This document shows, one piece after another, positions 50,907 to 60,915 of a stretch of 64,000 bases of DNA (the first letter of the stretch is position 1; every line of letters begins with the position of its first letter). The translations under genes were made by a program, and so were the position numbers. The notes beneath the pieces were generated by a model. It was not told where the DNA came from and searched no databases. It saw only the letters and a list, made by a program, of their open reading frames with translations. This DNA comes from a virus, in the UHGV virus genome UHGV-0117634, one strand, 5' to 3'.

Positions 50907-50949
50907 GTTTTATGGGGCGAAAGCCCCTTTTATTTGTTAAGGATAGATA

Positions 50950-51318
50950 ATGAAGGCAAAGAGTGGAAAAGACTTTTATTGCTTCCTACAATCTTATGTC
51001 CAAAGTGTTCAAGAAGGTGACAGGTATAATCTTGATGATGTACTTCCGACACCCTTAACATGGCGTGATAGCAAATGGCCTGAGAAGGATATCAACCCTA
51101 CCGAAACATATTCCGAATACACACCTAAAATTCCTCTACCAGATACTGAAGAACTTCTTTACCCAATGTTTCATATCGTTGGTCTTGGTACATTTTTGAT
51201 GGATATTCAATATGTGATGGGTAAAGGCTATAAGATTGACGGAGTTGTTGTAGGTGATGTTTCACCGCAGCACAAAGGTTATTTTAGACTAAATGCAAGA
51301 TTAGAGGCTAAGAAATGA
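50950..51318 (+). CDS. hypothetical protein (paralogous to N-terminal domain of next ORF)
   Basis: 122 aa; shares WPE.DI...EELLY...MDIQY pattern with 51315..52199. Confidence 0.45.
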   Translation: MKAKSGKDFYCFLQSYVQSVQEGDRYNLDDVLPTPLTWRDSKWPEKDINPTETYSEYTPKIPLPDTEELLYPMFHIVGLGTFLMDIQYVMGKGYKIDGVVVGDVSPQHKGYFRLNARLEAKK

Positions 51319-52199
51319 TTAAAGCAAAGACATATCCAGATTTTAAAGAGTTCGTTAAAGACTTTGTAGCGAATGTTAAAGCTGGCAAAAGATACGACTT
51401 CAGAAAGTATCAAGAGGCCGTTCTGCCTCTGACATATAGCTCACCGTGGCCTGAGTCTGATATTCCAGAAGTTACTGACTTCAATTACACACCAGACTAC
51501 ACAGTTCCATTTAGTGAAGAACTTTTATATTCAGTTGGTGCTCAGATGAGGACTGCTGACTTCTTCATGGACTTGCAGTATGCAATCATCAATGGGAAGG
51601 ATGTTGACACAGTTTATTGTGAATGGTTGGCAAGGGTTAAACCTTTCTCCATGCTTAATGCAAAGTTGAAGGATGCAATCACACCTCCAGTTATTACACA
51701 GCAGCCAACTGACCAAACTGTTAACGAGGGTGGAACACTTACACTTTCAGTTGTTGCTACTGGTGCAACTGGTTATCAGTGGAAGAAAGGTGCATCAAAC
51801 ATCTCTGGAGCAACCTCTGCAACATATACTAAGAATGGCGTAGTCCCTACTGATGCTGGCGCATACACCTGTGTAGTTTCTGGTGAAGGTGGCTCAAGTG
51901 TTAATTCCAACGCTGCCACAGTAACTGTGAATGCACTGCCTGTGATTACACAGCAACCTACTAACCAAGAGATTACAGAGGGAGATACACTCACCCTTAG
52001 CATCGTAGCCACTGGTGCAACTGGTTATCAGTGGAAGAAAGATGATGTAGATATCCCTTCAGCAACATCTGCAACATATGAAAAGACACCGACTTCTAAA
52101 GCTGATGATGAAGGTACTTACTCTTGTGTTGTAACTGGTGTAGGTGGCTCAATCACATCCCAATCTGCCAAGGTGGTTATTAACGCAGTAGGAGGTTGA
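51315..52199 (+). CDS. protein with two Ig-like repeat domains
   Basis: Tandem about 80-aa repeats PVITQQPT(D/N)Q...LTLSVVATGATGYQWKK...SATSATY...Y(T/S)CVV(S/T)G(E/V)GGS. Confidence 0.55.
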   Translation: MIKAKTYPDFKEFVKDFVANVKAGKRYDFRKYQEAVLPLTYSSPWPESDIPEVTDFNYTPDYTVPFSEELLYSVGAQMRTADFFMDLQYAIINGKDVDTVYCEWLARVKPFSMLNAKLKDAITPPVITQQPTDQTVNEGGTLTLSVVATGATGYQWKKGASNISGATSATYTKNGVVPTDAGAYTCVVSGEGGSSVNSNAATVTVNALPVITQQPTNQEITEGDTLTLSIVATGATGYQWKKDDVDIPSATSATYEKTPTSKADDEGTYSCVVTGVGGSITSQSAKVVINAVGG

Positions 52200-52666
52200 T
52201 AATGCAACTCTCAAGTAAAGGCTTAGAAGCCATTAAGTTCTTTGAAGGGCTTCGCTTAGAAGCTTATAAAGACTCTGCTGGAATCCCCACAATCGGCTAT
52301 GGAACAATCCGTATCAACGGAAGACCTGTAACAATGGGGATGAAGATTACTGCTGAACAAGCTGTTCAATATCTCCTTGCAGATGTTGAAAGTTATGTAG
52401 GTGCAGTAAACAGAGCAATTAAGGTTCCGACTACGCAGAACGAATTTGACGCACTTGTTGTAGAGACTTACAACATTGGTATCGGTGCTATGCAGGATTC
52501 AACTTTTATCAAGCGTCACAATGCTGGTAACAAAGCTGGTTGTGCAGAAGCTATGCAGTGGTGGAACAAGATTACAGTGAATGGTCAAAAAGTAACTTCC
52601 AAGGGTCTACAAAATAGACGTAGTTTGGAAGCCAAGATTTACCTTGACGCTGTTTATCCAAAATAG
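52196..52666 (+). CDS. endolysin, T4-type lysozyme (GH24)
   Basis: N-terminal FEGLRLEAYKDSAGIPTIGYG matches T4 lysozyme catalytic region [20 protein letters not shown]. Confidence 0.85.
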   Translation: MIMQLSSKGLEAIKFFEGLRLEAYKDSAGIPTIGYGTIRINGRPVTMGMKITAEQAVQYLLADVESYVGAVNRAIKVPTTQNEFDALVVETYNIGIGAMQDSTFIKRHNAGNKAGCAEAMQWWNKITVNGQKVTSKGLQNRRSLEAKIYLDAVYPK

Positions 52667-52673
52667 TAGATTA

Positions 52674-52700
52674 AGAGGCTCCTTCGGGAGCCTTTTTTAT
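52674..52700 (+). terminator. Rho-independent terminator after endolysin
   Basis: GAGGCTCC-TTCG-GGAGCCTT hairpin followed by TTTTTT. Confidence 0.7.
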
Positions 52701-52716
52701 TTCTATGGAGAAAACT

Positions 52717-53115
52717 ATGAAGCTTTGGGCAAATGATAATGGTACTTTCAAGTACACAAGAAGTGGTATGAAGGTTCGTATTGCAGGAACCAAGTTGATT
52801 ACGATGGGCGATAAGGTGTTCACAAAGTTTGTTGTTGAGGTCATTGAACGTTCACCTATCACAATGGCTAACAAAGGTTTCTTTGCTGGTGAACTGTACA
52901 ACGTGGATGACAATGGTATGTTCTCACCTTTAGGTGAAAGTTCTCTTGATATTATTTCAGAGCACCCCTTGACAAGAGGGCAGTTATCAGGTTACTATAA
53001 ATTTCTACTTGAGCAGAAGAAGAAGTTACACCAGAGTGAGGCTACATACCATAACAATGAGTGTATTAAACTTCTGGATAAAATTGAGAAAGCTGAGAGA
53101 GGTTATTATGAATAA
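52717..53115 (+). CDS. hypothetical protein
   Basis: ORF track; start set to second ATG with GGAG SD. Confidence 0.45.
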   Translation: MKLWANDNGTFKYTRSGMKVRIAGTKLITMGDKVFTKFVVEVIERSPITMANKGFFAGELYNVDDNGMFSPLGESSLDIISEHPLTRGQLSGYYKFLLEQKKKLHQSEATYHNNECIKLLDKIEKAERGYYE

Positions 53116-53488
53116 GATTGATGTATTGGTTGACACTTCAGGTCACGATGATAACGATTGCCGCGATTTTGCAAAAGCAATTATTTTCCAAGACAATGGG
53201 AAACTGAAGTTACAGTTTGAATCAGGTAGCACATTAGACCACCGAGGGGATGATGCAGATGGTTGTCCAATTTTTGGATGGTTTGACCTGAACTTTAACA
53301 AATATGCTTACCACTACCCAGACGGTCAGGAAGATTGGACTACACAAGCTATCTTTGATGAACTGAATGGTGTACCTCTGGAAGATGAGGTTTCAGAACC
53401 AACTCTTCTAACTTTCACCTTCATCAAAGAAGAAAAAGTAGGTGATATCTCCGTAACAGAAGCGTTGCAAGTTACACAGGTACTTTGA
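53108..53488 (+). CDS. hypothetical protein
   Basis: Internal ATG (MNKIDVL) with GAGAGG SD; track N-terminal extension overlaps previous gene. Confidence 0.45.
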   Translation: MNKIDVLVDTSGHDDNDCRDFAKAIIFQDNGKLKLQFESGSTLDHRGDDADGCPIFGWFDLNFNKYAYHYPDGQEDWTTQAIFDELNGVPLEDEVSEPTLLTFTFIKEEKVGDISVTEALQVTQVL

Positions 53489-53489
53489 T

Positions 53490-53783
53490 ATGAGTAAAGT
53501 ACAGGTTATCTTTCCGATTAATGACTTTAGCTATGAAGCTGAGTTTGACCTGTACGAAGAACTCACTGATGATGTTATCTGGAGCGTGGTATCAAAGGCC
53601 ATTAAGAAACTTTATGGTGGCCTTTTAAACCCTAATAACCCAAAAGTGTCAACAAAGCAAGTTTCCGAGCCATACACAAGCTACGATGCTGAAAAGAGTA
53701 AGTTCGAAATTACTTGCTATGACCTTCTGGTATCTGATAACAAAATCAACTACTTCTTCGTCAGAGAATACGCAGATGCTTAA
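53490..53783 (+). CDS. hypothetical protein
   Basis: ORF track, 97 aa. Confidence 0.45.
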   Translation: MSKVQVIFPINDFSYEAEFDLYEELTDDVIWSVVSKAIKKLYGGLLNPNNPKVSTKQVSEPYTSYDAEKSKFEITCYDLLVSDNKINYFFVREYADA

Positions 53784-54120
53784 GCTCCACATCGTTGTTT
53801 ATAAGAATTTTGCAGATATACAAGAAGCCCTGTCATCAAGGCTGGACAAATGTCAGCAAAGACTATTTCTGATGTTTGATATGCTTGACTATAAACAACC
53901 TGATAAGCTTGTGTATAAAGATGGTACAGTAATCTTTAAAAGTGAAGATTCAGTGACCATCTTTGTTAAGCATGGTATGCCAGCTAAAAATATAGGGATG
54001 CTTGAGTTCTACATCTACCAATCCACAGGTATGCGTGGTGAGGGCATCAAAATAGATTCTATTGAGGTCTTTGAAAAACCGAAGACACCACTTAAAAAGT
54101 ATTTAGTGAGGAAGTTATAG
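53776..54120 (+). CDS. hypothetical protein
   Basis: Internal ATG (MLKLHIV) overlapping upstream stop. Confidence 0.4.
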   Translation: MLKLHIVVYKNFADIQEALSSRLDKCQQRLFLMFDMLDYKQPDKLVYKDGTVIFKSEDSVTIFVKHGMPAKNIGMLEFYIYQSTGMRGEGIKIDSIEVFEKPKTPLKKYLVRKL

Positions 54121-54121
54121 T

Positions 54122-54715
54122 ATGAGTGTAAACATTAAAGAAAATGGTGGAGTTGATTCTCCACAAGTTGCATTAGTTCAACACTACGGTAATGTTCAGG
54201 GTGTGCTTGCTGCGTTCCAGCCAAACATTAACTCACCAGCAAAAGTTGTCAAATTGACTATGGATGTGAACAACATCTCTGCATGTATCATTGAAGATGT
54301 GCAGTACTTTAAGTTCTCATCTAAAGAAGTTGATGAAGCACTTCTGAAGTACCGTTTAGACCTTGAGAAAGACATTAACCACCAAGAGGTTGTGAAACTG
54401 TTTGGTGACCTACATGATATGCTTGATAAAGTCCACAAGCGTACATATTACATGAATGGCGGTTCAGTTATCACCACGTACACCTCCCCATTCACTAAAG
54501 AGGTCATCTTAACCGATGATGAGCAGTTCTTTGTTATGACTGCTTCAAGCTCAGATTGGTGGATGAAGAACACAGGTATGAAGACGATTATTGAAGCTAT
54601 TCGTCAGTATATCCCAAACTTCAGCCCTTGGAAGGGTGCTTCTGATGACTTCATAGCTATCCTTGAAGATGTTCGAAGCAGAAAAAGTAAGTTACTGCCT
54701 AGAAAATATACTTGA
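54122..54715 (+). CDS. hypothetical protein
   Basis: ORF track, 197 aa. Confidence 0.45.
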   Translation: MSVNIKENGGVDSPQVALVQHYGNVQGVLAAFQPNINSPAKVVKLTMDVNNISACIIEDVQYFKFSSKEVDEALLKYRLDLEKDINHQEVVKLFGDLHDMLDKVHKRTYYMNGGSVITTYTSPFTKEVILTDDEQFFVMTASSSDWWMKNTGMKTIIEAIRQYIPNFSPWKGASDDFIAILEDVRSRKSKLLPRKYT

Positions 54716-54741
54716 CAGTAATATCTAGAATTTTGTATGAT
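54712..54741 (+). promoter_or_regulatory. sigma70-like promoter TTGACA-N18-TATGAT
   Basis: Consensus -35 overlapping the stop of the previous gene; upstream of 54786..55526. Confidence 0.45.
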
Positions 54742-54785
54742 GGGAGCTATCGAAAGGTGGTTCCCTTTTTTGTTGGAGAGATAAA

Positions 54786-55526
54786 ATGAACAAAGTTAAT
54801 GAATCAGATACAATATTTATATATGTCAAGGAAAACCCATTGCGTAGAGTTGCAGCCACGGTCACACATGTCTCTGATAGTGGTGTGGTGTACTTCAGAC
54901 CTTTGAAAAATATACACTTCAAGCTGTACCCAGATTCTCAAAACCTTGCAGAAGGACATTTGTGGGCTGGTAAAGTTTATTCAACTGCTGATATAGAAAA
55001 TCTGGTATTCACAGGAAGCTTTAGAGACCTCCTTGGTATTGCTTTGGTAGATACTGGAATTGTTAAAGATGAAGAGTCTGAAAAGGCAACTTTTGAGGCA
55101 ACTCCGACTCTGAAGAAAGAGGTAACTCCAAAGGTTAGAACGATTGATGTTACTATTGAGTCTCCTACACACAGACTCGCAGATGTACCTGAGCAAGAGT
55201 CTCGATACCAAACTAAAGAAGATGGTCATCAAACTCTGGTTGTAGATAACGTCAGAGATTACTTCAAGTATTTCTGTGATGCAAATCCACATAGTCATGC
55301 TTGGACTACACCACAAAAGAAATTTGACTCTGTGTTGACCAGCACTTGTGAAGATGCTAAAAAGAAAGCTGAAGAGTTAAAAGAAGCAATCAGTGTCACA
55401 GACCATGTGGTTAATAAGAATGACATTGAGTACACAGTCAGGATGATGTTAAAAGCTGGTTTCACACCTTATCAGATTGCTGAAGAGATTCAAAGGCAAT
55501 TCTACAACGCAATGGTGAAAGAATGA
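54786..55526 (+). CDS. hypothetical protein
   Basis: ORF track, 246 aa; GGAGAG SD. Confidence 0.45.
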   Translation: MNKVNESDTIFIYVKENPLRRVAATVTHVSDSGVVYFRPLKNIHFKLYPDSQNLAEGHLWAGKVYSTADIENLVFTGSFRDLLGIALVDTGIVKDEESEKATFEATPTLKKEVTPKVRTIDVTIESPTHRLADVPEQESRYQTKEDGHQTLVVDNVRDYFKYFCDANPHSHAWTTPQKKFDSVLTSTCEDAKKKAEELKEAISVTDHVVNKNDIEYTVRMMLKAGFTPYQIAEEIQRQFYNAMVKE

Positions 55527-55741
55527 AAAAGTTTACAACTCTAGGTGAATACTGGAAGCTCTCTGTTTCTGAGCAGTACAGACGAGCTAAGAAGACTAAA
55601 CAGTGTTATGGCAAATTTGCCAGAGGTGATATCTTAGTATGTACTGAAGAATCACTTAAGAACGTTACTCCAAGAGGTAAGACATTCCAGAGAATGATTG
55701 ACAGAGAGTGGAATGCACGATTAAAGAGGATTGAGCAATGA
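55523..55741 (+). CDS. hypothetical protein
   Basis: ORF track, 72 aa. Confidence 0.4.
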   Translation: MKKFTTLGEYWKLSVSEQYRRAKKTKQCYGKFARGDILVCTEESLKNVTPRGKTFQRMIDREWNARLKRIEQ

Positions 55742-56244
55742 TTTACGAAGATTCAAGAGACCAGATTTCTTATGAGAAGTCAAGACACCATGTCTCATTC
55801 AAGATTGTGAAAGCAAATGGTGAAGAAGGAACTATTTCACACTTTGGAGGTGAAAATTGGTTTGGTACAGGATGTTTTGAAGGTTACAGCAGAGAGTACT
55901 TGAAAGCTTTCTACAGAGACTTCTCAGCAGACTACAACGAACTTATCAATCTTGAAAATAAGCGTAGAAATGCTGAACATAATACCAGAGGGTGGGCAGG
56001 AATAGCAATCATGTTATCTGTATTCCTTGCTATGATTTGTGTAATCTCCTTCGGTGGCATGTACATGCAGGATTTAACGTTTAACCAAGCTGAGAAGAAA
56101 ATTTCTGAGATTTGGTTCTTGTATGTGATTCCAATAGTTGGTATCATCCTCTCATGTTTGAGAATGACGACTTACAAGAAGAGAATTGTAGAGTCTGAGA
56201 AGAATTTTGAAGAGGTCAGTAAAGAATGCAACCTAAAATTTTAG
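55738..56244 (+). CDS. membrane protein, hypothetical
   Basis: Two hydrophobic helices (WAGIAIMLSVFLAMICVISFGG; FLYVIPIVGIILSCL). Confidence 0.45.
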   Translation: MIYEDSRDQISYEKSRHHVSFKIVKANGEEGTISHFGGENWFGTGCFEGYSREYLKAFYRDFSADYNELINLENKRRNAEHNTRGWAGIAIMLSVFLAMICVISFGGMYMQDLTFNQAEKKISEIWFLYVIPIVGIILSCLRMTTYKKRIVESEKNFEEVSKECNLKF

Positions 56245-56314
56245 TAATTTGTATCCGCTATGCTATTGCGGAAATGATTAACCAGAAAATCTTAAAAGAT
56301 ATCTCGGAGGGTAA

Positions 56315-56524
56315 ATGATTAGAACACCTGTCAAGCCTTTTGGCTTTAACACTCTGGAAGAGTTCAAAGAGTACCTTGAGAAAGGTTTCTACAACGAACA
56401 ACCAGTAACAGTGATTAAGTCTGACTTAGCACAGCTTGTTGACATTGCTATTGCAGCAACTGAGCCTAAGAAGAAAGAGAAAAAGGCTTCTTCAAAGAAA
56501 GATAAAGAATCTGTTGAAGAGTAA
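56315..56524 (+). CDS. hypothetical protein
   Basis: ORF track, 69 aa, Lys-rich C-terminus. Confidence 0.4.
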   Translation: MIRTPVKPFGFNTLEEFKEYLEKGFYNEQPVTVIKSDLAQLVDIAIAATEPKKKEKKASSKKDKESVEE

Positions 56525-56566
56525 TCTGTCAAGGGGGTGTAAAAGCCCCTGTTTAGAGGAAAATCT

Positions 56567-56863
56567 ATGACTCCACAATCCAGAGGTGTTAAAGGTATCC
56601 ATCCTCCAAAGGGTGGTTGGAAAGATAACACTTTCTACATCGTTGAAGTTGCTTACAAGCCACTTAACATGATTCATAAAGCAATGTTCTACACAGGGTT
56701 CTGCGATGATAATGGTGTACCTGCTGGTTACAACTGGCTTATGAATGGTGGTTATGAAGAACTTTGCAATATTCAAGAAGCTTATTACTTGAAAGCTATT
56801 GCAGAGTTACCTGACGAGTTTCAAATTGAGAGAGATGAGGATTGGAAAGATGAAGAATGTTAA
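56567..56863 (+). CDS. hypothetical protein
   Basis: ORF track, 98 aa. Confidence 0.4.
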   Translation: MTPQSRGVKGIHPPKGGWKDNTFYIVEVAYKPLNMIHKAMFYTGFCDDNGVPAGYNWLMNGGYEELCNIQEAYYLKAIAELPDEFQIERDEDWKDEEC

Positions 56864-57284
56864 AGATATAGTGCGTAAAGCTTTGCTTAACAACGGAACT
56901 AAAGATGATATGTACAAAGATATCGTTGCAGAATTTGGTTGTTCAAGACATGCTGCAAAGGTTCTTCTTCATAGCTTTATCTGGGAGTGTTCAGAAGCTT
57001 ACATGCAATCTGTAATAACTGAAGGGCTTGATATGTCTCTATCTGAATGCTTCAAAGAAGAGACTAAAGTTAGTTCCATAAAGCTAAACACACTCTATAT
57101 TGTAGAAACCGTTGATACAGGTGAACCAGTAGGCACAATACATATCGAAAGTGTGTGTGATGGTAAGTTTCTTGGTTATGGTGAAGCAAACGCATATAGT
57201 GCATTCTCAACCGCACACTGGATAGTTGAAAATGATGGGCATATTCAGGTCAATGGTAAAAATACTTTCAAACTTAAGATGTGA
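56850..57284 (+). CDS. hypothetical protein
   Basis: Internal ATG (MKNVKDIV) overlapping upstream gene end. Confidence 0.4.
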   Translation: MKNVKDIVRKALLNNGTKDDMYKDIVAEFGCSRHAAKVLLHSFIWECSEAYMQSVITEGLDMSLSECFKEETKVSSIKLNTLYIVETVDTGEPVGTIHIESVCDGKFLGYGEANAYSAFSTAHWIVENDGHIQVNGKNTFKLKM

Positions 57285-57952
57285 TTATGGGACACCTACT
57301 GAAGAAGAGTTGGAAGAACTTAATAGATATGGTTCCCCATCTGAAGAGGAAGAGAAAGAACTCCGAAGAATGGGAAGCAATTACTAAGAAATGTTTTAAG
57401 GATTTGATAGAGATGAAAAAGTTTGAACTTGAAAGAAAGTATCTGGTACTGAGTCTAGATGATATCAATACATATTTTGACGAAAGTGAGAAGTGGTCTT
57501 TAGACTTACTTGTTAATCGACTTAAGATGGAACGAGAAGATTCAGGTAAAGAGCCACTTGAAGGTGTCTTTGTCAAGAAGTCTTATCCGTTCTTTGAAGA
57601 TACTTTGAAGAAACTTGAGATGTATGTTAAGCAGCAGAACCGTAAAGAGTTCTCTATGATTTCTCTTGGTGGACAACAAATGCTGGTTATGGAAGATATA
57701 AACCCTAAGAGAACCAACAAAGGTGTTTGTATCAAGGTCACAGGTAAAGAAGAATTTATCAATATTGGACATTTGAAACATGTCAGTGAAGGTGGCTCCA
57801 TTTCACTCAATGGTAACCATTATTACATACGAACATACCCAATTAAGGGTTCACAGATTATGATTACAGTCATGGATGATGGTACTGGATTCACACACTT
57901 CTTCCAAACTACAAAGCAAGCTATACAAGCAATCATTGAAGAATTGTGTTGA
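57281..57952 (+). CDS. hypothetical protein
   Basis: ORF track, 223 aa; last plus-strand gene before the repeat region. Confidence 0.45.
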   Translation: MIMGHLLKKSWKNLIDMVPHLKRKRKNSEEWEAITKKCFKDLIEMKKFELERKYLVLSLDDINTYFDESEKWSLDLLVNRLKMEREDSGKEPLEGVFVKKSYPFFEDTLKKLEMYVKQQNRKEFSMISLGGQQMLVMEDINPKRTNKGVCIKVTGKEEFINIGHLKHVSEGGSISLNGNHYYIRTYPIKGSQIMITVMDDGTGFTHFFQTTKQAIQAIIEELC

Positions 57953-57961
57953 TTAATATTT

Positions 57962-58011
57962 AGCCCCTTAAAATGGATTCGCTAGAATCTATCTCATAGG
58001 GGCTTTTTATT
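57962..58011 (+). terminator. Candidate terminator after the plus-strand block (AGCCCCT ... AGGGGCT + TTTTTATT)
   Basis: 7-bp stem with a long loop followed by a T-run; weaker than a classical terminator. Confidence 0.35.
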
Positions 58012-58019
58012 GAGTAAAA

Positions 58020-59600
58020 TTTACGAAATTTATATTTTTATAAAATTTGGGATTCACTCCGTTCATCTTGGGTCACCATGATATGTGATAAAATATCTAT
58101 ACCCTTCTAAACACCCTCTCTAAGCATCATCTCTATATAGTATTATATAGTATCTATATAGCCTCTTAGTCCCTAAATAGTGCTCTCTATATAACCCTCT
58201 ATAAAGCCTTCTAAGCCTACCATTAATCAACCCTATACAATCACCTTCCTAGCCTCTTCCTAGCCCCTATAGCCATCTTAATCTCTAGGTTATCTGTGTT
58301 ACTTAACAGTAACCCATTAGGTAAACGATAGTACCCTATATAGCAGAATCACTAGGTATTACTAAGCCTCTATATAGACTGTTATATAACACTAAACAGG
58401 TATTCCCTGTAAAGGCTTATCCTACAAGGTCTAACACGGTACTAACAAGGTATCTTATAAGCCTGTTAATTCCTGTTTTATATAAGATAGTGTATAGATA
58501 GCTATTCAGTTCTATAAAATTTTTATAAAATAGACTAGGTAGGCCACTTTTTAGGTTCTTGGGAGTATCTGAAAAATATCTACAAAGGCTGTATATCTGC
58601 TTGGTAGCCCTTAACAGCCCTGTAACATCCCCTTTGCAAAATCTTAAAATATCATTAACAATCCCTTAACAACTCTCTCAAGCTCTTAACATCTCTTCAG
58701 AGTTCTTAACAGTTTCTTAACAGGACTAGCAAGGGCTTAACAAGTCTGTAATATTGCTTACAAGAGTCTAACAAGTTGCTTATAAGTTGCTAAATAGTTA
58801 AATCTTAAGAGTTATTTTGTTAAGATAATTAACAAGATGCTAACAAGTTCTAAATCTTTTTAACAAGCTATTAACATGGTCACTATCTCTTGGTCTATAG
58901 TTCCCTATCCCTCTTAGTGACTCTTTATAAAGCCCTCTATAAAGCTCTGTATAGCTCTGTATAGCCTCTTCTAAGCTTCTCCCTAGTAACTACACCCCAA
59001 ATACCTGTATAGCTCTTTATAGGGCTTTCTAGGGGCTTATACAGGGACTTCAAAGTGTCTAACAAGCTTTTAACATACCTCTAACAAGGATTTAACAAGG
59101 GGCTAACAAGTCTCTAATAAGCATAACTATGTTGCATTTGTTAAGATTTTGTTAAGAGAATGTAAAGGGGGCTAACTTTTACGTAACTTTATAGCCTCTT
59201 TTACGTAACTTTGAAGTAACTTCATAGCCCCTATAACATGTTTTTTAGTGACTATCAAGCCCTTTTTAGATATTCACAAGATACTAACGAGATGATAAAG
59301 CTTACACCCTTATAAGATTCTTTTAAGGCTCTAGGAAGCTCTATAGAGGGCTTTTAAGAGTGGGTTAATATGATTGGTTAAGTTGAGTTGATAAGCCGTT
59401 ATAGAGCGTTATAGAGCGTTTAAGGGATTGCCCTTCCCTTTCGGGTTATGGGCTTATATTTAAGGGATTGGTAACAATACCAATTAGTTGATTTGATAAG
59501 AGGTTATAGAGTAATCTATAGAGTTATTGCTCTAAATGTCTGGTAAGAGTCTAGAAAGGGATTGTATGAGGATTCGATAGAGTCCTATCTTATAGACGTT
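58020..59600. repeat. 1.6 kb non-coding region of short degenerate direct repeats with a strand-skew switch
   Basis: No ORF of 60 aa or more; repeat families CTATA(A/T)AG, CTTAACA, TAACAAG, CTTCTAAG; tandem CTCTGTATAG x2 and CGTTATAGAG x2; plus strand is G-depleted up to about 59300, then G-rich with inverted motifs. Confidence 0.6.
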
Positions 59601-59622
59601 AAAAAGCCCCATTGAAGGGGCT
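59600..59622 (-). terminator. Rho-independent terminator ending the minus-strand early gene array
   Basis: On minus strand GCCCC-TTCAAT-GGGGC followed by TTTTT; a second GC hairpin at 59647-59661. Confidence 0.6.
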
Positions 59623-59663
59623 TGTATAGGGTCTGGGGCTATTTGCCCCGTTGCGGCGACTTG

Positions 59664-59915
59664 TTAGTCATTATAACCAAATTTTTGATGGTAAAGCGTG
59701 ATAAGGGAACCATCCCAATAGTAAGACACTACACCATTTTTCAAGACTTCCTGTTTGACTTCTTTCCAGAAGTTTTCAGTTGGTTTATAGTCCTGAATAG
59801 TTGCCTTCAGACACATATCAACCATACCGAAAGCATCACCAGTGCCAACCATATCAAATTTAACATCTAATACGTTAAAACCAAAAGTGTTTACAGTTGC
59901 GCGGATAGTTGCCAT
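59664..59915 (-). CDS. hypothetical small protein (early array)
   Basis: ORF track, 83 aa; conserved upstream cassette. Confidence 0.45.
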   Translation of the reverse strand: MATIRATVNTFGFNVLDVKFDMVGTGDAFGMVDMCLKATIQDYKPTENFWKEVKQEVLKNGVVSYYWDGSLITLYHQKFGYND

Positions 59916-59985
59916 TTTTTGAATCTCCAGTTTAGGATTTTGGGTTAGTGGGGAAGTCTCCCTCCCCGTTGAAAGTAATATTAAT
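59916..59985 (-). promoter_or_regulatory. Conserved upstream cassette 1 (SD plus variable GC hairpin)
   Basis: minus-strand ...CCTAAACTGGAGATTC(A/T)AAA-ATG core; hairpin GGGGAAGTCTCCCTCCCC. Confidence 0.4.
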
Positions 59986-60244
59986 TCATTGCGGCGTATG
60001 TTGCAAGTCTTTTTTCTTTGTATTTTGTAAGAATCTCACAAGATAAAACGTCATACTTTACAATTGCTTCAGATTTAGTTAGACCAAAATGGCTTATAAT
60101 TTCACCATTCATGAATCCAACTACCTCATAAGATTCTGCGATGATTTCCCCGTTAAACCAGTCACTTTCTATACGTTTGCAAAGTTGGATATCTTCTTTG
60201 TCAGTACCAATCTGTAACAGGATAGTGATTTCTGCGTTATTCAT
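59981..60244 (-). CDS. hypothetical small protein (early array)
   Basis: ORF track, 87 aa. Confidence 0.45.
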   Translation of the reverse strand: MNNAEITILLQIGTDKEDIQLCKRIESDWFNGEIIAESYEVVGFMNGEIISHFGLTKSEAIVKYDVLSCEILTKYKEKRLATYAAMN

Positions 60245-60310
60245 TTCTAGTCTCCAGTTTAGGATTGTTGGGGAAGGCCATTCCCTCCCCGTTGATGAGT
60301 ACTTTATAGA
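60245..60310 (-). promoter_or_regulatory. Conserved upstream cassette 2
   Basis: Same core; hairpin GGGGAAGGCCATTCCCTCCCC shows compensatory changes; AGTACT palindrome. Confidence 0.4.
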
Positions 60311-60831
60311 GTTCTGATGATTTCGTCAAGCTCTTTTTCCATATCTTTTACAGATTTTTCGTGTAGTTTAATCATATCATTTAATGCTTGCCCTAACTGT
60401 AAGTTAAAATCACTGTCTTTTGTCTCGCTTAGATAGATGTTTTCTACGTCGTAAAGCTTGCAAGGGTGGCAACCTGTACCCATCGCCATAATCCCATGTG
60501 CCAACGGCATGATATACATGTTATGGGACTTGATAGAGCGCTCATAAGCCATTTTAAAGTGGTTTAACTCTTCTTTTGATGATTTGATGCAATGTTCACA
60601 AAGTTCTGCGACTAGTGCCATAAAATCAGGGAGGATTGTTGCAACAGCTTGCATAAAGTTTTCTGCTGTTACTACCTTAACGTTTTGGTGATGTACATAA
60701 TATTTTTTATCCTCCCCTTTCGTAATGACTGCAAACAACTTGTCATTGCAGCGAAATTCGAAAGTGTCTTTTACTGGCTTGCTCATCACGGCATTGGAAC
60801 GGATATGATTGATAGCTTGAAACTTATTCAT
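60304..60831 (-). CDS. hypothetical protein (early array)
   Basis: ORF track, 175 aa. Confidence 0.5.
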   Translation of the reverse strand: MNKFQAINHIRSNAVMSKPVKDTFEFRCNDKLFAVITKGEDKKYYVHHQNVKVVTAENFMQAVATILPDFMALVAELCEHCIKSSKEELNHFKMAYERSIKSHNMYIMPLAHGIMAMGTGCHPCKLYDVENIYLSETKDSDFNLQLGQALNDMIKLHEKSVKDMEKELDEIIRTL

Positions 60832-60915
60832 TTTTAGATTCTCCAGTTTAGGATTGTTTTATGGCTTGAATAGAACTATACAGAATTACTTAGTGTCTTG
60901 CAAGTACTTTTTCGC
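60832..60915 (-). promoter_or_regulatory. Conserved upstream cassette 3 with candidate promoter TTGCAA-N17-TATAGT
   Basis: Read on minus strand; -35 overlaps the AAGTACTT palindrome. Confidence 0.4.

Noticed and set aside
58020-59600. Possible CRISPR array in the repeat-dense region
   Set aside because: Repeats are short (7-12 nt), degenerate and irregularly spaced, with no constant repeat-spacer periodicity and no cas genes in the window.
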